A stretch of DNA of 64,000 nt, taken from Mobula hypostoma. Its lineage: Eukaryota. The stretch is taken from positions 14,384,001 through 14,448,000 of the forward strand of contig NC_086097.1 in assembly GCF_963921235.1 (NCBI RefSeq), read 5' to 3'. How positions within the stretch are numbered: position 1 is the stretch's first letter; each line of letters begins with the position of its first letter. The position numbers and the translations under genes are program-made. Below the pieces are notes generated by a model. That model searched no databases. It was not told the DNA's origin and saw nothing but the letters and a program-made list of their open reading frames with translations. Shown here piece by piece: positions 37,916 to 51,639 of this stretch.

Positions 37916-39599
37916 TTCAGTGTGAAACTGAAATGAAACGCTTTACAAACAACAAATCGTGTTTAGGATAATTTAATTAAAACATTATCCATCTGTTTTT
38001 TTTCTCTCAGGATCAACAAGTTTTTTTATTGAGTTATCTATTGAGATACAGCGTGTAGCAGACCCTTCCTGTCCTTAGAGTCGTGCCACCAAGCAACTCT
38101 CTAGTCTAATCATGAAAAACATTTTACAATGACCAATTAACCTACCAACTGCTACATCTTTCGACTGTGGGAACAAACCCACGCGGTCATGGGGAGAACG
38201 TACCTTGAACGAGTGCCCTGGTACTGTAAATTGTAATGCTAACCATTAAGCTACCATGCTCCCCTAACTTTAACTTACTGTAACTGACAGAGAATTATCT
38301 GCATCATCAGGACACATATAAGCCAATGATAACACAAATTTTAATATACAGGTCAATATTTTGGCCACAAAGTTTCAATTTTGACTTACCAGAATTTCAG
38401 TTCAGTTGTTATTAACAGTGACTTTACAATTTATTATCCAGTTTAGCTGCCTTTACAAAGAAACTCATTATAGTTTTGAAGCTGCTCACTTTTGGGAAGT
38501 TTTAGCATTCAAGATTCCAGGGCTATTGTCAAGTTAAATGCTCTGAGTATATTTTCCTGGGTGGAGTTCAGAACAGGTTGCCATTAAGAAAGAGGTACGG
38601 GAGCCTCAGGTCCCACATCACCAGCTTCAAGAACAGTTATTACGCCTTAACCATCAGGCTCTTGAACCAGAGGATAACCTCATTCGCCTCAACAATGAAC
38701 TGTTTCCCTAACCTATGGACTCACGTTTAAGGACTCTACAACTCATGTTCTCAATATTTACTGCTTATTTTTATTTACTTATTTATTCCTTTTTTGTATT
38801 TGCACGTTGTCATCTTTTGCACATCGGTTGTTTGTCCATCTGTGGTGTGCAGCTTTTCACTGATCTTCTTTTGTTTCTTTGTATTTATTGTGAATGCCTG
38901 CAAGAAAATGAATTTCAGGGTAGCATATGGTGAGATATATATGTGTATAGTATATCTTGATAATAAATTTACTTTGAACTTTGAGAATTAGGAGATAGTT
39001 GAAGGCAATGGGGCAGTCAGTGAAGGCTTATTGGAAGGGAATTTCTTCTCTTTAAGGGCTCTGAATGATCTAAAGCTGAGAACTATGGACATTAATTTGC
39101 TTACGTTTATTCAGGGCTGTGGTGAATCAATAAGAGAATGAAGGTTTGTGGGGATCGGGCAGGGAAGTGTTGCTGAAGCCAAAGATCAGAACAGCCAATG
39201 ATTGACAGATCAGACTCGAGGGGATTGGATGGACTACTCCAGTTCGATTTCCCGCGTTAGCAATCATTGCACCGCTACCATTTGTATTTTAGCCTCAGCG
39301 CTTTCCTCTTATGTTAGCTTCCTCTTCTATGTTAGTTTTGTGTTTAATCTTTCTTTCTGTTTCTACGGTAGAGGTGAATTGAACAATGACTGTCAGAAAA
39401 GAAAACATCTTAGGAATGCAGGAGATGAACAGAATGCCCGTTGGGAAGCGGAAGGTTTCTAAGCATGGTGTCAGTCGGTCAAACATTCCAATTGCGTCGT
39501 TGAGTAACTCACTCTCAAAAGAAAGCAGTAAAAATCCACATTATCCCTGGCACTTCACAATTTTAACAGCATGTCACATTGAAAAAGTAGCTGAATTTA

Positions 39600-41130
39600 A
39601 GACTATAAGATACAGGAAACATAGAAACAGAAACATGGGATACTACAGCACACTACAGGCCCTTTAGCCCACAATGTTGTGCTCTAGAAACTGCCTAGGA
39701 TTTCCCTAACGCATAGCCCACTATTTTTCTAAGCTCCATGTACCTATCTAAGAGTCTCTTAAAGGACCCTATTGTATCTGCCTCTACCACCATCGCTGGC
39801 AGTGTATTCCATGCACCACCACTCTGTGTGAAAACTTACCTCTGACATCCCCCTTGTACCTACTTCCAAGCACCTTAAAACTATATTCCATCATGTTAGC
39901 CATTTCAGCCCTGGGAAAAAGCCTCTGGCTATCCACATGATCAATGCCTCTCATCATCTAAAACACCTCTATCAGGCCACCTCTCATCCAATCGTCACTC
40001 CAAGGAGAAAAGGCCGAGTTCACTCAACTTATTCTCATAAAACATGCTCTCTAATCCAGGCAACATCCATGTAAATCTCCTCTGCACTCCCTCTATAGTA
40101 TCTATAGTATAGGAGCAGAATTAGGCCATTTGGCCCATCAAGTCTGCTCTGCCATTTCATCATGGCTGATCCATTTCCCTCTCAGCGCCAGTCTCCTGTC
40201 TTCTCCCCATACCCCTTCATGCCCTGATTAATCAAGAATTTGTCTTGGGTATACCCAATGACTTGGCCAACTGCGGCAACAAATTCCATGGAGTTACCAC
40301 TCTCTGTCAAAAGAAATTCCTTATCATCTCCATTCTAAATGGAGATTTATTCCTGTCTATTTCTCTATTCTGAGTCTGTGTCCTCTGGTCCTAGGCTCCT
40401 CCACCATAGGAAACATCCTCTCCACATCCATTCTATTGGGGCCCTTCAACAATTGAAAGGTTTCAAATCAGATCTGCCCCTCCCCCATTCTTCTGAATTC
40501 CAGTCAATAGTGCTATGTTCCAGTTTACAAGGCTAGGGTTTGTAACCTAAGAACATAAGAAGTAGGGGCAGGAGTCGGCCATGACCCGACCAAGCCTGTT
40601 CTGCCATTCAATAAGATCATAGTTGATCTGGTTATAGACTCTGCACCACCTACCTGTCTTTTTGCCAGAACCTTTAATTCCCCTCTTATGCTTAAAAAGA
40701 CTATCTAACTGCGTCTTGAATATACTTAATGAAGTAGCCTCCACTGCTTCCCTGGGCAGAGAATTCCATAGATTCACTACTCTCTGGCAAAACCAGCTTC
40801 TCCTCATCTCCATCCTAAATCTATTCCCATGAATCTTGAGCCTATGTCCCCTGGTTCTAGACTCACTACCAGTGAAAACAGTTTTCCTGCCTCTATCTTA
40901 ACCATCCCTTTCATAATTTTATATATTTCCATAAAATCCCCTCTCGTTCATCTGAATTCCAGTCAATATTGTCCCAGGCATCTCGACCACCTCATCTCCA
41001 ACATCAACTTGGTGAACCTCCTACTGTCTCCAAAGCGAGTATCTTTCCTTAAGTAAGCAGACTAGAGCTGCTCACAGTACACCAGGTTTGGCCTCACCAG
41101 ATCCTTGTACGATTACAGCATAACCTTCCT
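39600..41130 (-). mobile_element. Stack of three CR1 3' fragments
   Basis: Separate tails at ~39615 (aaacatag), ~40100 and ~40548 (taagaaca); FCQRVVNLWNSLPREAVEA in ORF 40547..40813. Confidence 0.85.
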
Positions 41131-41154
41131 GCTGTTAAGCAACACACACATATA

Positions 41155-42530
41155 AAGTGGATTCCAGTTAATTGGGACATATCTGTACCAGGTCATTTTG
41201 GTCCAATTAAGCAGTTGCCTCAGTTAGCCAAAGTTTCATGGAAATTGTTTAAAAGGTATAAAAAAGACAAACAAAGTAACAAATTACATAGTTAAGTGAA
41301 GTATAGAACAAATTAGAAAACTACTAATACTGCTACAGTACTATCAAACTATGTATTGGTTGCTAATACTTGTTTATAGAGGAATTCATCCACATTGCAT
41401 TCTTTGGACTGTAAGTTAGCAAAATCAGCACAGACACTAGTGCAGATAATAGACTGCCTGCAAACAAAGCTGTTGACAATTGCATCCTTCAGATATCCAT
41501 TTTCATTTAACAGTCAAGATGATTGTTGATACATTCAAATTCTTCTTGGCTCCTAACTTGTAGAAGTAATGAAATCATTTCATTTTCACTCCCATCCATT
41601 TCAGGCATCTCCAAGCCTCAATGCTTGAAGCCGCAGTGAGCAAGATAGGTCCAAATTGTCTTACGGTTATTTCTCGCCAACTATCAGTGACAAAAATCAC
41701 TGCTCTTTGAACACAAACACATGCTGTAAGGTTTCACTGCTGTGTACCATCTGTAAGGTTTCACTAATAATTTAATGGTTTCTCTGTAGCAGCAATGTTT
41801 GGGTTATGACAAGAGATAATGGGGTTTGGAATGTTGTTATTCTTTCTTGTGAGCCTGGAAGAGAAATTTTCAGGGTCTTTTGCCAGGGAGAGATGAGGAG
41901 AGAAGACGTGAATGGAGGAAGTTGGTAGACCGCCGGACGGAGTGGACTTGGAGCGAGGGACTGAAAGGTGGCGACGATCGTAAGAGGTCGATGATGGACG
42001 AACAGCTTAGCAGCGAGCTCCAACATTGCGCAGCAGACGGATTCTGAAGAATGGGCCCTTTCTTTTTTTTTCATTTTCTTTACTAACCATATAGTCAAAG
42101 TAAGAATTATAAAGCTTAATCGTTTAATTGCATATTGTGTACTGTTTGTGATTTCGGGGTACTGATTTGTAACAAGGGACACATCGTGCAGCATCAACCC
42201 AAACGAGATTTCTTAAATTTGGCCGGACCAGGGTTGATCACCCCCTATATTAAGCCGCTAGCCGAAGTGAGAGTTACACGTGCAACTGACACTATTTTAA
42301 AACTGTTCGCTTGAAGCATGGTGTAGTATCTAATGGCCGTGCAAGTGTACATAACTGTCACTAGTTAGAAACTGTCGGCAACAAGGTCCTGCTCCGACTA
42401 AGCAGCATGGTGTCCCAAATAAACAAAGGGAATCCTGGCAATGTTTTCAATCCAGTTTTGTTCTCCAAAAGTTGTCCCAAATAAGTGCTTGCCCTAATTA
42501 ACCGATGGCCAAATTGACTGCAATCCACTG
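41155..42530. mobile_element. Tigger/pogo-like non-autonomous DNA transposon, host of a solo LTR
   Basis: ta|aagtggattccagttaattgggacat at the left versus the reverse complement of the right end, cagtggattgcagtcaatttggccat; TA on both sides. Confidence 0.78.
41725..42278. mobile_element. Solo LTR
   Basis: TGTAA...TTACA termini; 5-bp TSD catgc (41720-41724) / cgtgc (42279-42283) differing by one CpG-type transition; relatively CpG-rich body. Confidence 0.85.
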
Positions 42531-42965
42531 TACTCAAAAATGATTAAAAAATGAAGCCACTATTAAAAACAATTAAAAATTGCGGGTAAAATATAAGACT
42601 TAAAAAAGTAGAAAGCACTTAAAAAGCCATCTTCTGGTTTAAGATGGTGCTACCAAAGACGTGGGACAGCTTATTAGCAGTTCGAAAGCAAAGGAATTTG
42701 GTTAAAAAATTATTAATAACACTTTTTCTGCAGTAGATTGTGGTAAAATATCACCACAAACAATGGAGAGGCGGATGAAGCAAACACGAGAGATGTGCCC
42801 TTTTGGTGCCCTGCAAAATCGGCACACTTGGAATTGGAGCTGTGCTGGTTGGAGTGGATGACTCGGAGGGGAGAAGATGTGACGGAGGAGCTCCAATGCC
42901 CATCCAACTTACCCAGGTGCGAGGGTGGATCACTCTAAGTGCCAAAACAATTTGGTGAGGTTGAT

Positions 42966-43560
42966 GCAAACATGAGGAATTCTGCAGATGCTGGAAATTC
43001 AAGCAACACACATCAAAGTTGCTGGTGAATGCAGCAGGCCAGGCAGCATCTCTAGGAAGAGGTGCAGTCGACGTTTCAGGCCGAGATCCTTCGTCAGGAC
43101 TAACTGAAGGAAGAGTGAGTAAGAGATTTGAAAGTGGGAGGGGGAGGGGGAGATCCAAAATGATAGGAGAAGCCAGGAGGGGGAGGAATGGAGTCAAGAG
43201 CTGGACAGGTGATTGGCAAAAGGGATATGAGAGGATCATGGGACAGGAGGCCCAGGGAGAAGGAAAAGGGGGAGGGGGGGAAAACCCAGAGGATGGGCAA
43301 GGGGTGTAGTCAGAGGGACAGAGGGAGAAAAAGGAGAGTGAGAGAAAGAATGTGTGTATATAAATAAATAAGAGATGGGGTACAAGGGGGAGGTGGGGCA
43401 TTAGCGGAAGTTAGAGAAGTCAATGTTCATGCCATCAGGTTGGAGGCTACCCAGACGGAATATAAGATGTTGTTCCTCCAACCTGAGAGTGGCTTCATCT
43501 TTACAGTAGAGGAGGCCGTGGATAGACATGTCAGAATGGGAATGGGATGTGGAATTAAAA
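42966..43560 (-). mobile_element. Penelope-like element 3' fragment (GIY-YIG endonuclease C-terminus plus terminal unit)
   Basis: FNSTSHSHSDMSIHGLLYCKDEATLRLEEQHLIFRLGSLQPDGMNIDFSNFR; 12-bp TSD ggtgaggttgat (42954-42965, 43561-43572). Confidence 0.88.
43066..43101 (-). ncRNA. Minimal hammerhead ribozyme motif
   Basis: Minus strand agtc-CTGACGA-agg(atctcgg)cct-GAAA-cgTC-gact. Confidence 0.75.
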
Positions 43561-46323
43561 GGTGAGGTTGATAACATCTTCTTCAACAGCAAAATACAGG
43601 TCCGAAGCAAATCACTGGCGGTGTGTTCTAGGCCTGGAGCGATTCACCACGGCAAGGCCCGGGTACTAAGGTGAGGTACAATATGCTGTTTGAACAATCT
43701 AAATGCTGGCCCAGGTAGACTGGAAAGGCAGGTTGTTGAGAGTTGGGCGAGATTTGATTGCTCTAAGCGCCGAGCCAATTTGGAGAGTTTGAAAATGGCT
43801 TCTCTGGCAGTGAAATCTAGGCCCAGAGTGATTCACCACAGTGAGGCCCGGTTCCTAGTGCAATTTGAATGTCGCCAGCCCATATAGTTTCTCTGCAATG
43901 CTAAGGCTGTGAGACTGCGCTTAGCTGCTATGCCTCATGTCTGTGAATTTTGCAGTGACTTGCTCCACTAATATGATAAACTGGATACCTAGGCTTTGGG
44001 CCTACTCCGAGCTGCTCCAGGGATTTGGATCTAAGGACTTAATTGGTTCAGAATGCTGTTTTTTTTGCTTGCTTCTATTGTTTGCATGGTTTATTTTGTT
44101 TTTTTTTTCTCTTTCTCTGTGGGCACTGGGGGTTGGTCTTATTTTTATTTTAATTGGGTTCTTTCAGGTTCCTTGCTTTGCGATTGTCTGTTAAGCAAAC
44201 AAATCTCAAAATTGTATAATTTATACATTTGTTGTTACTAAAGACACTTTGAATCTTTGAAAAACAATTAATCACAAATATGTTAACACCATTGATTCAA
44301 ACACCTCATATCATCAAATGCATACCTTCCTACCTCAGAGATGCTCCTCTCCATCAATGTGCTCACTGTTCCTGTGCCAAGTCTGATCAAATTGCAGGCA
44401 GCCAACAGTGTAAGTTGGCATTCCCCTGCTGGATTCCATGAGGAGTCCAACATCAGAAGAGTGTTAAGAAGTTGGCAATGAGAATCTCTGGTGAAGTTTG
44501 GGTCTTCTGCTTGCCAGTCCCACACTTCCTGATGATTGCAGAGAAAACTGACATGATGGAAGTTGTTTATAAAGCTGCAAGAACCAGAAAGCAGTGGAGG
44601 CCAGTGGTAATCTGGTTACAATGTAACTGCAGATTTTACCCACTCATGAAGTCTTAATAGCAATTTTTAGATGTAATTAATTGGAAAATATATTAGAGTG
44701 CATTGGTGCACACAACAGCTTTATTAAATAGGTATTTAATAACATGTCATTAGTGTAAATGAGAGAATGCTTTCAACCCTATCTTAACTTTGGGTCCCAG
44801 CTCACCTTGTTACATGACAGAATCCACATTTATAAAAGAAATGATGTTGTGTCTCAATAGGCTCTTTGAGGGAGGAGTGGGTTCAAGTAGAGGGGCATTG
44901 TCTTCCAATGGTTTTACCACTTGTTTAGTAAACATGATTCGCAAAGGCTGGAATCTGCTCACTTAGATAGAAAAGCAGGAACTGAAAAGAGGTAGCTGCA
45001 TTTCACAGGAGCACCATGGAGAGTATCCTGACAAGCTGTATCTCCATCTGGTATGGAAGCAGCCGAGCGTCAGACCGGGAGTCCCTATAAAAGACTGAGA
45101 ATGGCCGAGAGGATCACAGGGGTTTCCCTACCATCCACCGGGGACATTTATCAGTAGCGCTGCATACACAGGGCCCTTAGCATTGTCAAGGATCCCACGC
45201 ATCCATCCATCCAGCATCCTCCTTGACTTTTACCATCAGACAGGAGGCTATGATGCATAAAAACAAGAACGGTCAGGTTGGGAAACAGTTTCTTCCCTCA
45301 GGCCATTAGAATTCTGAACTCCCTGCTACATCACATTCAAAGTGTCACTGGTTAATCTGTTCTGTACCTTACAATATTTAATTTATGCACTTTAGTTTGT
45401 TATTTATGTGTAATCTATCTTTTATCCTTACTTTCATAAGTTATTATGTGTTATGTGTACTACTGTGCTTTACACCCTGGTCCAGAGAGACTTTGTTGTG
45501 TTTGATGATATACATGTATATAGTTAAAAGACAATAAACTTGACTTGACTTGATTTGACTTGAAAGCATGTTGAAAGAAGGTATTATGGTAAGAATTAAT
45601 TGAATCTAAACCAGCCGGTGGAGATAATGAAATGACTGTTGCAGGAGGGGACTTTGGGTTGTCCATGTTATGCATTTGCAAGGTTCTCCCATTTGTTGGT
45701 TGGATACACTCAGGAATTCCAGTTGCTGCTCTAAAATAAACCTGCAGCAACAACCAGCATATGTGTTCTTACCTGAATATCCAAACAGTAGATGATGCAA
45801 AAAGCCAAAAAGAGAGCTTGAGGTTCAATCATCTTGAGAAAAGGCAGTGGATTCTCAATTATAGTGTTCCCACTACAGAGCTTTGTGGGTTTACAGCACT
45901 GAACGAGATTAACTCAGAGGAGAAGTGCATTCATTTGGGGCTTCGAAACAATGCTCATAGACATCCTGAGACAACTCATTTATAATGAATTACTTTGAAG
46001 TGTAGTATTACTATTGGGTAAGTGTGGCACCCACTCCAAGCTGCACAGCTTTAGAACACAGACCATCAAATGGTGCAGGTGCTTCAGCCCACGATGTTGT
46101 GCCAACCTCTTAACCTACTCCAAGGTCAATCTCTCTCTTCGCTCCCACATGGTCCTCCATTTTTTGTCATCCACGTGCCTATCTAAGATTCTCTAAAATC
46201 TCCCTAATGTATTTGCTTCCGCCACCACCACTGGAAACATGCTCCATGCATTTAACACTCTCTGTATAAAAAAACTATCTCTCACATCACCCCTACACTT
46301 TCCTCCAATCACCTTAAAATTAC

Positions 46324-46890
46324 AAACATGAGAAATTCTGCAGACACTGGAAATCCCAAGCAACGCATGCAAAATGCTGGAGGAACTCAGCAGGTCAGGC
46401 ATGGAAATGAATAAACCATTGACCTTTCGGGTTGAGACACATCACCAGGACTGGAAAAGAAGGGGAAGACACCAGAATAAAAAGGTGGGGGGAGAGGGAG
46501 GAGGAGAGCTAGAAGGTGAAGCCAGGTTGGTAGGAAAGGTAAAGGGCTGGGCAGGAAAGAATATGATAGGAGAGGAGAGTGGACCATGGGAGAAAAGGTA
46601 GAGGAGGGGGAGGTTATAGGCAGGTGAGGGGAAGTAAAAGGTCAGAGTGGAGAATAGAAGAAGAAGGGAGGGGAAGGGAAAAAATGTACTGGGAAGAGAA
46701 ATTGACATTCATCAATTAGGTTGGAGGCCACCCAGAAAAAATACAAGGTGTTGCTCCTCCCCTCTGAGGGTGGCCTCATCTTGGCACTAGAGAAGGCTAT
46801 GGACCGACATGTAGGAATGGAAATCGAATCAGAATTTAAATGTTTGGCCACCGGGCAGTTCCGCTTGTGGCAGATGGAGTGGAGGTGCAC
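46324..46890 (-). mobile_element. Penelope-like 3' fragment nested in a CR1 3' end (~46050-47095)
   Basis: CPVAKHLNS motif and similarity to 42966-43560; hammerhead degenerate; no TSD seen. Confidence 0.75.
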
Positions 46891-48553
46891 TTATCCTGGG
46901 AAAAAGTCTCTGGCTTTCCAGTCAGTCTGAGCCTCTCATCACTTTTATACACCTCTGTCAAGCCACTTCTCATCCTCCTTCACTCCAGATAGAAAACCCC
47001 TAGTTTGCTCAGTGTCTCCTCATAAGACATGCCTTCCAGTCCAGGCAACATACTGGTCAATCTTCTCTGCACTCTCTCTAAAACTTCCACATCCGTGTGG
47101 TAGGTGTGAAGCAGATCTTACTTTAAAGCCATCATTTGAAGGCATTCAAGTATTAGCCTTCTAATGGTGCCCAATAGAACTTTGAATATCCATTTCAACC
47201 ACCAAACTGGGCCTCAGTTTGATGACATCACCTGGGACAATCCATTCCCTCTGCACCAAAATCTTTGAAATGAGTGGAAACTTCAATTCTTGAGGGTTGC
47301 AGAAAACGATTACAATAATTATGCCCCTATGAGATCAGACAGACATTGTTCACTGCTATATTATTCAGTGAGTAACACCTAGAGCAGAAACATGCTCCTT
47401 TGACATCGTATGTAAAGTTCCCATGGAGTATATAATCCTCCTACTTTAAAAAGGCCTGTAACTTAAATATGTTACTGATAAATACTGAGCCATAGGTATT
47501 ATGTATCCCCTTTCTCAGAGCCCAGTCTCAAGTGAATAATTTGGCATTACTCTATAACAACAGTGCCAGCTATCAAGAGGAGGATTAGTTAATGCAACTT
47601 TAAGTAATTCATCTCTTGATATTCGGCACTATCGTTGCAAAGCTACAGCAAGTGAAGGAAAGACAGGCTAATTGCCTTCATCTCAAGCTGTTGATGTGCC
47701 AAGTTGCTTCGATGGGATACCAAGTCATCCTGCGCCAATTTATTTCATAAACTCTTTACTGTTGGTAAACATCTTTCATCAATGTTAAGTAAATCAATAG
47801 TTCTTCCTCCCTCAGGCCACTCAACATTTTGCTCTCATGATCCTCTCACGTGGATCACTCAAGTCCTCCAGAGAGAGAAGAGATCCTTTTACTTACTGCC
47901 CGTTACACCGCTGACATTTAGGGCAGCAATGAAGGTCCTCCACGTCTGGTGGCGTTGAGAGCTTCCTTCACCGTGTCAGTAGCTTCTAGCAGAGTTTCTG
48001 CAGATGCCGGAACTCTTGAGGAACACACTCAAAATGTTGGAAGAACTCTACAGGTCAGGCAGCATCTATGGAGGCAAATTAACAGTTGATGGTTCAACTG
48101 TTTATTTCCTTCCACAGATGAAGCCTGACCTGTTAAGTTCTTCCAGTATTCTGGGTGTGGTTGCCTGCTCAAGTCCTACCTGCTTTAATCACCAACAACA
48201 TCCAAGTGGCCACCAAGACAGCAATTTTAAATTCAAAAATGTTGATCATTTTGGAGCCTGAAGAACTGAATTTTATTAATATACATGGGAAGCTTTAAGT
48301 CAGTGGAAAGATGAACTTACCCTTATCAGGGGAAAAATGGAAGCTGGTGCTGGTGTCTTGCAAGGGCTACATCAGATATTTTATTTGGAGTCCTCACTGC
48401 CTTTATATTGGGACAGTATATCAAACAACTCTCGATGGTTGGACAGGTTTCTAAGAACTTGGTATCTTTAACATAATGACATTTCCCCAAGAGATTTCAC
48501 AGGATTTGATCATCAGAGAAAACCATGATACCAACCTTTCTGGGGGGATATTT

Positions 48554-49208
48554 AAGCAACACACACAAAATGCTGGTGAACGCAGCAGGCCAGACAGCAT
48601 CCATAGGAAGAAGCACAGTCGACGTTTCAGGCCGAGACCCTTCATCAGGACTAACTGAAAGAAGAAGTAGTAAGAGATTTGAAAGTGGGAGGGGGAGGGG
48701 GGAGATCTGAAATGACAGGAGAAGACAGGAGGGGGAGGGATAGAGCCAAGAGCTGGACAGTTGATTGAAAAGGGACACAAGGTTTGAGGATCATGGGACG
48801 GGAGGCCTAGGGAGAAAGAAAGGGGGAGGGGAGCACCAGAGGAAGATGGAGAGCAGGCAGGGAGTAAGTGTGAGAGGGACAGAGAAAGAAAAGAGAGAGA
48901 GAGGAAAAAAAGAAAAAAAGAATAAATAAATAAACAAACAAACAAGCAAACAAATAAAAAAAGGATGGGGTGAGAATGGGAAGAGTGGCATTAACAGAAG
49001 TTAGAGAAATCAATGTTCATGCCATCAGATTGAAGGATAACCAGACGGAATATAAGGTGTTATTCCTCCAACCTGAGTGTGGCTTCATCTTGACAGTAGA
49101 GGAGGCCGTGGATAGACATATCAGAATGGGAATGGGACGTGGAATGAAAATGTGTGGCCACTGGGAGATCCTGCTTTCTCTGGTGGACAGAGCATAGGTG
49201 TTCAGCAA
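48554..49208 (-). mobile_element. Penelope-like element 3' fragment
   Basis: Close homolog of 42966-43560; 11-bp TSD gggggatattt (48543-48553, 49209-49219). Confidence 0.88.
48617..48652 (-). ncRNA. Minimal hammerhead ribozyme motif
   Basis: Minus strand agtc-CTGATGA-agg(gtctcgg)cct-GAAA-cgTC-gact. Confidence 0.78.
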
Positions 49209-49901
49209 GGGGGATATTTGGTCTGTTGACCTAAATCTTGGTCAAAGAACAAAGTTTTAAATAGATAGATGTGCACTATGCCCCTTATAATGAGAAAGGA
49301 TTTGGCTCAAATTACCATACTGATAGCTGTTGACAACTCAAAGTCTTGCTTCTCCAACGTAGACATGATTTCTTGAAGTTCAAGGGATAAAATCAATGCC
49401 AATCACATTCCAATAATCGCGAGTTACTGGTTCAAACCTTTTCCTTTCACAGTGACTCGGTGAGAGTAGTTAACCTCATTGTTGTCCTGAATCTACCCCA
49501 GATTTCTAGAGCTAATGAAATGTAAAGCATTAGTTTTGTCTCTGTAACAAGTGAATCTTGAAAATATTCGCCTTCTTGGGCAAATCATATTTTCCAGAGG
49601 ATAGAATAAATGGTGAGCACTGCACTTTTCTGCGATTATCAGTAAAATACATTCATTTCAAAAACAATCACCCCACAACCCTGAACCTACCAACAGCCCC
49701 CACCCACCTTACCACACACAATTATTCTCAATATCATGTGTTAATGGAAACTACTCTTCACTGCCATTATGTTACCTTCCTGTCATTATGGCACAACATT
49801 TCCCTGGCTATTTGTAAGCCAGGAACCTTCTGATTTCTGCACAATATCCCATGACTAGCCAGGACTCTTGTTCCTAATGGGAGAATAGACTTCTCTAATC
49901 T

Positions 49902-49981
49902 CAGGGGTTCACATCCTGGGGTCCATGGACTCCTTGGTTAATGGTAGGGGTCCATGGTTTCAAAACGGTTGGAACCCCCTG
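49902..49981. mobile_element. Small hAT/Charlie-like MITE
   Basis: Termini caggggttc...gaaccccctg; imperfect flanking repeat ctctaatc/ctctactt. Confidence 0.5.
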
Positions 49982-51639
49982 CTCTACTTCAAGGACTGTA
50001 CAACTCATGTTCTTAACATTATTTCTCTACTTTTTTTTTGTATTTGCAGAGTTTGTCTGCTTTTGCACATTGGTTGTTTGTCAGTCTTTGTGTGTAGTTT
50101 TTCAGTGATTCTGTTGTTTTTCTTTGTCTACTGTGAATGCACACAAGCAAATGATTCATGTGGTGTCATATATGTACCTTGCAATAAATTTACTCAGAAA
50201 TTTGAAATTCGATCTTGCTCTTCCTCATTATTAGCCAGTAAACTGTTGCATCTATTAGATACCCCATGGTTATGCTGAGGGCAAATTACTTAGTTCACAA
50301 AGAATGTGCTTGAAATTGTTTCACTCAGTCATCTTGAGTGCTTGGATTTCTTTCTAAAAGTGCTCAGTAGTTGCCCGTCAATCCTGACCTCCAGTGCTCT
50401 CTGCATAGATATTGTACATTCTCCCTGTGACTGTGAGAGTTTCCTCTTGGTGATCGGGTTTCTTCCCGCTTCCCAAAGACATCCTGGTGGCTCAAATGCC
50501 CACTGCAAATGAACCCTAATATAGACGATTGATTGAATTGGTGGGAATGCTGAGAAAAATGAGTGGGGGAATGGGAATATTCTGTGAGCTGGCATTGATT
50601 TGAGGTACTGGATGGCCTCATGTGTTGTTTTGAAATATACATGGTAAAGTGGGACTTGTCTGCTTAATCATCACTCGCAGACCCTCCAATCAATAAACTG
50701 GGGTCTGGCCATAATACTAAAGGTAATCAGATTGGCTGTGTTTGAGAGGGAAACCTCCCCTCTCCTCCTTCAAAAATCATTCGTAAACAGCTGACTAACG
50801 TAATTATAGCACTTGAATCAGTGTTAGAAAATCCGGGGTCTGAAATCCCTCAGAAAACTAGATCTGCGTGGTTTTTCCCTTTGTCTAGTGCTCGGTGAAG
50901 ATGTTTGCCTAAGCATAAAGGAAATCTCCGAGTATGTCCCAGACCACAGCTGGGTTTTGTCTGCCAAAGCAGCCCCACCCTAGCATTAGAAGGATTTCTT
51001 GTACTTAGCATGAATTTATACTGTATGTCTTGGTGACTCAGACCTCAGGGTTTTAGTGCACTCGGTCATCTTCTGACTTATACTGCCACTGTTACGTTGA
51101 TGTACACTCAAAAGCACTTTGCATTAATGCACAAGTCACAGGAGATATGCAGTCTGTAACAGCAAAGTCCCCTTGCAGCTGGTTAACTGTTTTGGAGCTT
51201 TCCATATAATGTCTGAGGAAGATCTCGATTCTCTTTTACATATATCACCTCAAACCTGAAAAGAAAATCCACGCCAGGCCCACCAGACTCAAAAACAGTT
51301 CCTTTCCCCAAGCAGTAAGGCTGATCAACACCTCCATCCACTAACCCACCCCCCCCACATGCCCCGCCACCACTACTTTATCATTTCCTGTCAACCACTC
51401 CTGTGTCGATGTATATTAGTGGTCTTATGTGTTTATTGTGTTTTATTTTCTATTACCGAGTACTTATTGTGGATTTTTTTGTGCTGCATTGGATCCAGAG
51501 TAATAGTTGTTTTGTTCTTCTTTACACTTATGTACTGGAAATGACATTAAACATTAAATGTCTGAATAGTACAATTGGTTGTGTTTGATTTGCAGATAGC
51601 AGCCCCTCGCCTCTGTAATTTACGTCCATGTAAATATAA

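Noticed and set aside
42751..43401. 216-aa proline-rich ORF
   Set aside because: It is the pyrimidine-rich non-coding PLE tail read through into flanking repeat sequence.
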